Translations under genes and position numbers: made by a program | Shown: one piece after another, positions 60,884 to 64,000 of the stretch | Numbering within the stretch: the stretch's first letter is position 1 | How the letters are laid out: every line of letters begins with the position of its first letter | Origin: an uncultured cyanobacterium | GTDB taxonomy: Bacteria > Cyanobacteriota > Cyanobacteriia > Cyanobacteriales > CAWUOF01 | Reading direction: 5' to 3' | DNA: 64,000 bases | NCBI GenBank assembly: GCA_963744145.1 | Contig: CAVUSO010000001.1 | Location: 7,456,001-7,520,000, forward strand | Notes under the pieces: model-generated | Told to the model about the DNA's origin: nothing | The model's database searches: none | Seen by the model: the letters and a program-made list of their open reading frames with translations, nothing else

Positions 60884-62449
60884 ATGAGCAAAATCTTGAT
60901 AGTCACTACCAGTCATAACCGTTTTGGTAAAGATGATTCTCATCCGACAGGGGTATGGTTCGAGGAATTTGCTGTACCATACATAGAATTTAGTCAGAGT
61001 GGAGTGGAAATAACGATCAGTAGTCCCCAGGGAGGGACAATACCCATTGATCCACGTAGTTTACCCACTCCAGAACAAGAAAAATTATGGCAACCTGCCT
61101 TGATCGCAGCACAACATACGATTAAATTATCAGAAGTACAGTCAACCGATTTTGATGCAATTTTTCTTCCTGGTGGTCATGGTCCGATGTTTGATTTACC
61201 AGATAATTTAGAATTGCAAAAACTGTTAAGGGAGTTTGAGGAACAAGGAAAAATTATTAGTGCTGTATGTCATGGACCAGCTGGATTAGTCGGTGCTACC
61301 TTAGCAGATGGAACTCCTTTAGTCCGGGGCAAAATTGTTACCGCTTATACTAATGTCGAAGAAGTAGCTGCTAAACTTGACCAAGATGTACCTTTTAGTT
61401 TAGAAGATCGCTTACGGGAATTAGGAGCAGAATTTATCGCTCATCCTCCCAAAGCAGATCATGTGGAAAGAGATGGCAAATTAATTACTGGACAAAATCC
61501 AAATTCCAGTGCTAGTATTGCACAATGGGTTTTAGCAACTTTAAATAATAGTTTACCACCGATTTTTGCTAATACTCCAACCGCGATCGCGCCTAGTAAA
61601 ATTATCGCTAATTTTCCCCAGAATACATTCTTAGAAAATATTGCTATTGATGGACAAGGTAATTGTTTCATCACCAGTTACGAAGAAGGAAAAATCTACC
61701 GCGTTACCACTACTGGAGAAGTTAGTGAATTAGCAAGCATCAATGGTCATCCTGCGGGAATACTGATTGATGATCTTGGTAATCTCTTAGTTTCTGGAGT
61801 CAACCAAGAGCAAATTGCCACAATTTTTCAGATCGATCAGACTGGAGTTGTGACCGAAATTATTACTATTCCTGATGCAATTTTCCTGAATGGAATGACT
61901 CGTTTAACTGACCATCGTTATTTAATTGCAGATTCCTATAAAGGGGCAATTTGGGAAATCAATGCGATCGAAAAAACAGCTCGGATTTGGATTCAACACG
62001 AACGTTTAGCTCGCTCTATTGCTAATCATCCTGTTCCGGGTGTAAATGGTTTAAAAATTTACCATCAAACCCTCTACGCTTCCAATACCCAACGTCAACA
62101 TTTAATCCGTATTCCCATTCAGAATGATTATACTCCCCAGTCTCCAGAACTATTCCTGACTAATATCAATTTAGACGATTTTGCTTTTGATGAACAAGGT
62201 AATCTCTACGGAACTACCCATGTTTATAATAGCGTAGTCCGGATCACTACAGATGGGCAGATTAGCACGATCGCGACAGCAGCACAAGGAGTAACAGGAA
62301 GCACAGCTTTAGCATTTGGACGTGAAGAAAGCGATCGTACAGGAGTTTATGTTGTTACTAACGGAGGGATGTCCTTACCTCTACCTACGGGGGTAGAATC
62401 TGCTAAGGTTGTACGTCTAGAAGTTGGGATAGCAGGGTTAATCAAATAG
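60884..62449 (+). CDS. DJ-1/PfpI (GATase1) domain fused to an SMP-30/gluconolactonase-like beta-propeller
   Basis: TGVWFEE, PGGHGPMFD, AVCHGP and ITGQNP motifs, then ENIA, NGM, NGLK and DDFAFD propeller motifs. Confidence 0.85.
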   Translation: MSKILIVTTSHNRFGKDDSHPTGVWFEEFAVPYIEFSQSGVEITISSPQGGTIPIDPRSLPTPEQEKLWQPALIAAQHTIKLSEVQSTDFDAIFLPGGHGPMFDLPDNLELQKLLREFEEQGKIISAVCHGPAGLVGATLADGTPLVRGKIVTAYTNVEEVAAKLDQDVPFSLEDRLRELGAEFIAHPPKADHVERDGKLITGQNPNSSASIAQWVLATLNNSLPPIFANTPTAIAPSKIIANFPQNTFLENIAIDGQGNCFITSYEEGKIYRVTTTGEVSELASINGHPAGILIDDLGNLLVSGVNQEQIATIFQIDQTGVVTEIITIPDAIFLNGMTRLTDHRYLIADSYKGAIWEINAIEKTARIWIQHERLARSIANHPVPGVNGLKIYHQTLYASNTQRQHLIRIPIQNDYTPQSPELFLTNINLDDFAFDEQGNLYGTTHVYNSVVRITTDGQISTIATAAQGVTGSTALAFGREESDRTGVYVVTNGGMSLPLPTGVESAKVVRLEVGIAGLIK

Positions 62450-62450
62450 T

Positions 62451-62771
62451 ATGAAGTTCGCGATTCAATGTAAATTAGCACCGGAGTCCCAAGAGAAACG
62501 CATTTCTTTACGACTTGAACATCTACGCTATATTGAAGCTAATCAAAACCGGATTTTCTGTGGTGGTCCAACTATCGATCATCATGGTAATCCCGAAATG
62601 ATGCTCATTATTATTGATACACCTGATCTTGCTTCAGCTGAAGCTTTTATTCAAGCTGAACCTTATCATCAAGCAGGTGTATTTGAACAAGTTAGTGTTC
62701 GTTTATGGAAACAGGTATTACCAGAATCTGAACCAGGAGAACTGCTACATGAAATAAGGAATAGAAATTAA
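62451..62771 (+). CDS. YciI family protein
   Basis: R.EHLRY, GGP and EPY..AGVF motifs. Confidence 0.85.
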   Translation: MKFAIQCKLAPESQEKRISLRLEHLRYIEANQNRIFCGGPTIDHHGNPEMMLIIIDTPDLASAEAFIQAEPYHQAGVFEQVSVRLWKQVLPESEPGELLHEIRNRN

Positions 62772-62785
62772 ATAATTCCATTAGG

Positions 62786-62905
62786 CTTGCCCTGAGTGTT
62801 CCCTGAGTTTACCCTGAGTTTACCCTGAGCGTAGTCGAAGGGCGTAGTCGAAGCTTGCCCTGAGCGTAGTCGAAGGGGGCGAAGTCGAAGGGCGAAGTCG
62901 AAGGG
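62786..62905. repeat. Degenerate cluster of the CCCTTCGACTACGCTCAGGG element (reverse orientation)
   Basis: Repeated CCCTGAG and GTAGTCGAAGGG half-units. Confidence 0.85.
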
Positions 62906-62994
62906 TATGTAGTTGCGATGAGAACACTCTGATCACAACTATATACCTAAAGTACCAATTTATGAAACTGGGATAAATCGTGATTCCCTAATCT

Positions 62995-63840
62995 TTAAAC
63001 TGCTACCAACATAGAATTATAGGAGAATAGCTCAAGCAAATCAGCAGTTTCCTTTTCAATTGTGTAAATTTCAGCTTTAGTCAAAACCTGATGGTAGCGG
63101 TTAACTTTTATCGGTGAAATACCTTTACCATGTAAATTGGTCGTCCACCAATAATCCCTTGCTTCTTGGGTTTGGGAAAAGTACATTTGATCAGATACGG
63201 AACCGCTATTTGGATCGAATTTTTCCATAGATAACCCGGTAAAATTCTTAATCTGTTCAATAATCTGATTGCAATTAGTGACTAAACTTTCGTACTTGAT
63301 ATAGCGAGTTTTTTGACAAAATTCTCGACAGTGGTAATTAATTGCTGGTTGGTAAAAAGACTTATAAAACTTCGCTAATTTGGCAATATTGCGATCGCGC
63401 ACCATCTGATAAAACCATTCTGGATGCTCCTGTGGTTTGATTTTATTCCCCACCTCAAGCAAAGAAGCGATTGTATCGCGGGGATCTCGAACCATAATCA
63501 AATATACACTATCTTGAATTAACTCATACAGATCAGGAAAAAACTTGGTTAATTCTGGTGCTTTTAAAACTAGATGTTCCGCAGGTGCATAACGTTGGTG
63601 GGTTTTTTCTAAAAATGCTTGTACCCACGAAGCACTAAAATTTTTTAGATCATCGAAATTATCAAAATAGTCTTTTGCTTCGACTTCAAAGGTAAATTTA
63701 CCTAAATGATAAGTAGAAATTAAAGCGCTAAAATAAAGAGCTTCTCGGATCAGTGGATTGGTTTTCTTGTCACTACAAAGTAAACTTTGTAATAAAGTTG
63801 TTCCCGATCTGGGGCTCCCACCAATGAAAAAATATGTCAT
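62995..63840 (-). CDS. Sulfotransferase family protein
   Basis: PAPS-binding motifs GSPRSGTTLL and VRDPRD...S; KYESLV. Confidence 0.9.
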   Translation of the reverse strand: MTYFFIGGSPRSGTTLLQSLLCSDKKTNPLIREALYFSALISTYHLGKFTFEVEAKDYFDNFDDLKNFSASWVQAFLEKTHQRYAPAEHLVLKAPELTKFFPDLYELIQDSVYLIMVRDPRDTIASLLEVGNKIKPQEHPEWFYQMVRDRNIAKLAKFYKSFYQPAINYHCREFCQKTRYIKYESLVTNCNQIIEQIKNFTGLSMEKFDPNSGSVSDQMYFSQTQEARDYWWTTNLHGKGISPIKVNRYHQVLTKAEIYTIEKETADLLELFSYNSMLVAV

Positions 63841-64000
63841 AACTTAGGAATCTCCTGTTGATTTCAAAATTAACTACCTCGGGATTACGGAGAATTTTGA
63901 CTGTATCCGGTCTAATTTGATCATTAATTAGCTGTTCAAAAGAACTGCCTAGAATATTTTAAATCATCTTATCTATTTACTAGATAGGGGGTCTAACCCT

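Noticed and set aside
5141..60943. Numerous short antisense or nested ORFs in the track (e.g. 5141-5392, 13400-13684, 18529-18870, 32559-32828, 40871-41260, 50507-50869, 59754-60059)
   Set aside because: They overlap well-supported genes on the other strand or in another frame and have no recognisable motifs.
1..64000. A complete DGR (RT, Avd, template repeat) inside the window
   Set aside because: No ORF shows RT motifs (e.g. YxDD in RT context), and I found no non-coding A-rich copy of the GUN4 3' end. Any machinery must lie elsewhere.

Overview
This is a cyanobacterial chromosomal window: HIP1 GCGATCGC is abundant and ndhF3-ndhD3-cupA, Yfr1, XisH/XisI and CBCR-type GAF domains are present. 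The most striking signal is a family of GUN4-like C-terminal domains: four in tandem on a Ser/Thr kinase (2205-5372), one on an unrelated coiled-coil/TPR protein 40 kb away (43163-45907), and a sixth cut by the window edge. The domain cores are near-identical. After the conserved GHLP motif, each complete copy carries its own unalignable 49-59 nt segment that is about 89% G/T and about 6% A on the coding strand. A constant pyrimidine tail follows that encodes an L/F/S-rich peptide in every frame. In the gene-terminal copies this tail has stop codons in all three frames, 7 nt apart, and all three frames are used among the five copies. I infer an indel-tolerant hypervariable sensor cassette, possibly DGR-like or non-templated diversification acting from elsewhere; no reverse transcriptase or template repeat is visible here. 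The window also contains a partly decayed DpdA (7-deazaguanine) / DGQHR / UvrD locus, a 5'-truncated rnhB, an NsiR1-like sRNA with a TCCGGA -35 motif, and a Uma2 cluster. There is also a phototaxis-like Che cluster with three PatA paralogs and a frameshifted five-GAF MCP, a 1.5 kb tandem array of GTAG-type REP/REPIN units, and housekeeping genes (lgt, tatC, pepA, trxA, GuaB3, NDH-1(3)).
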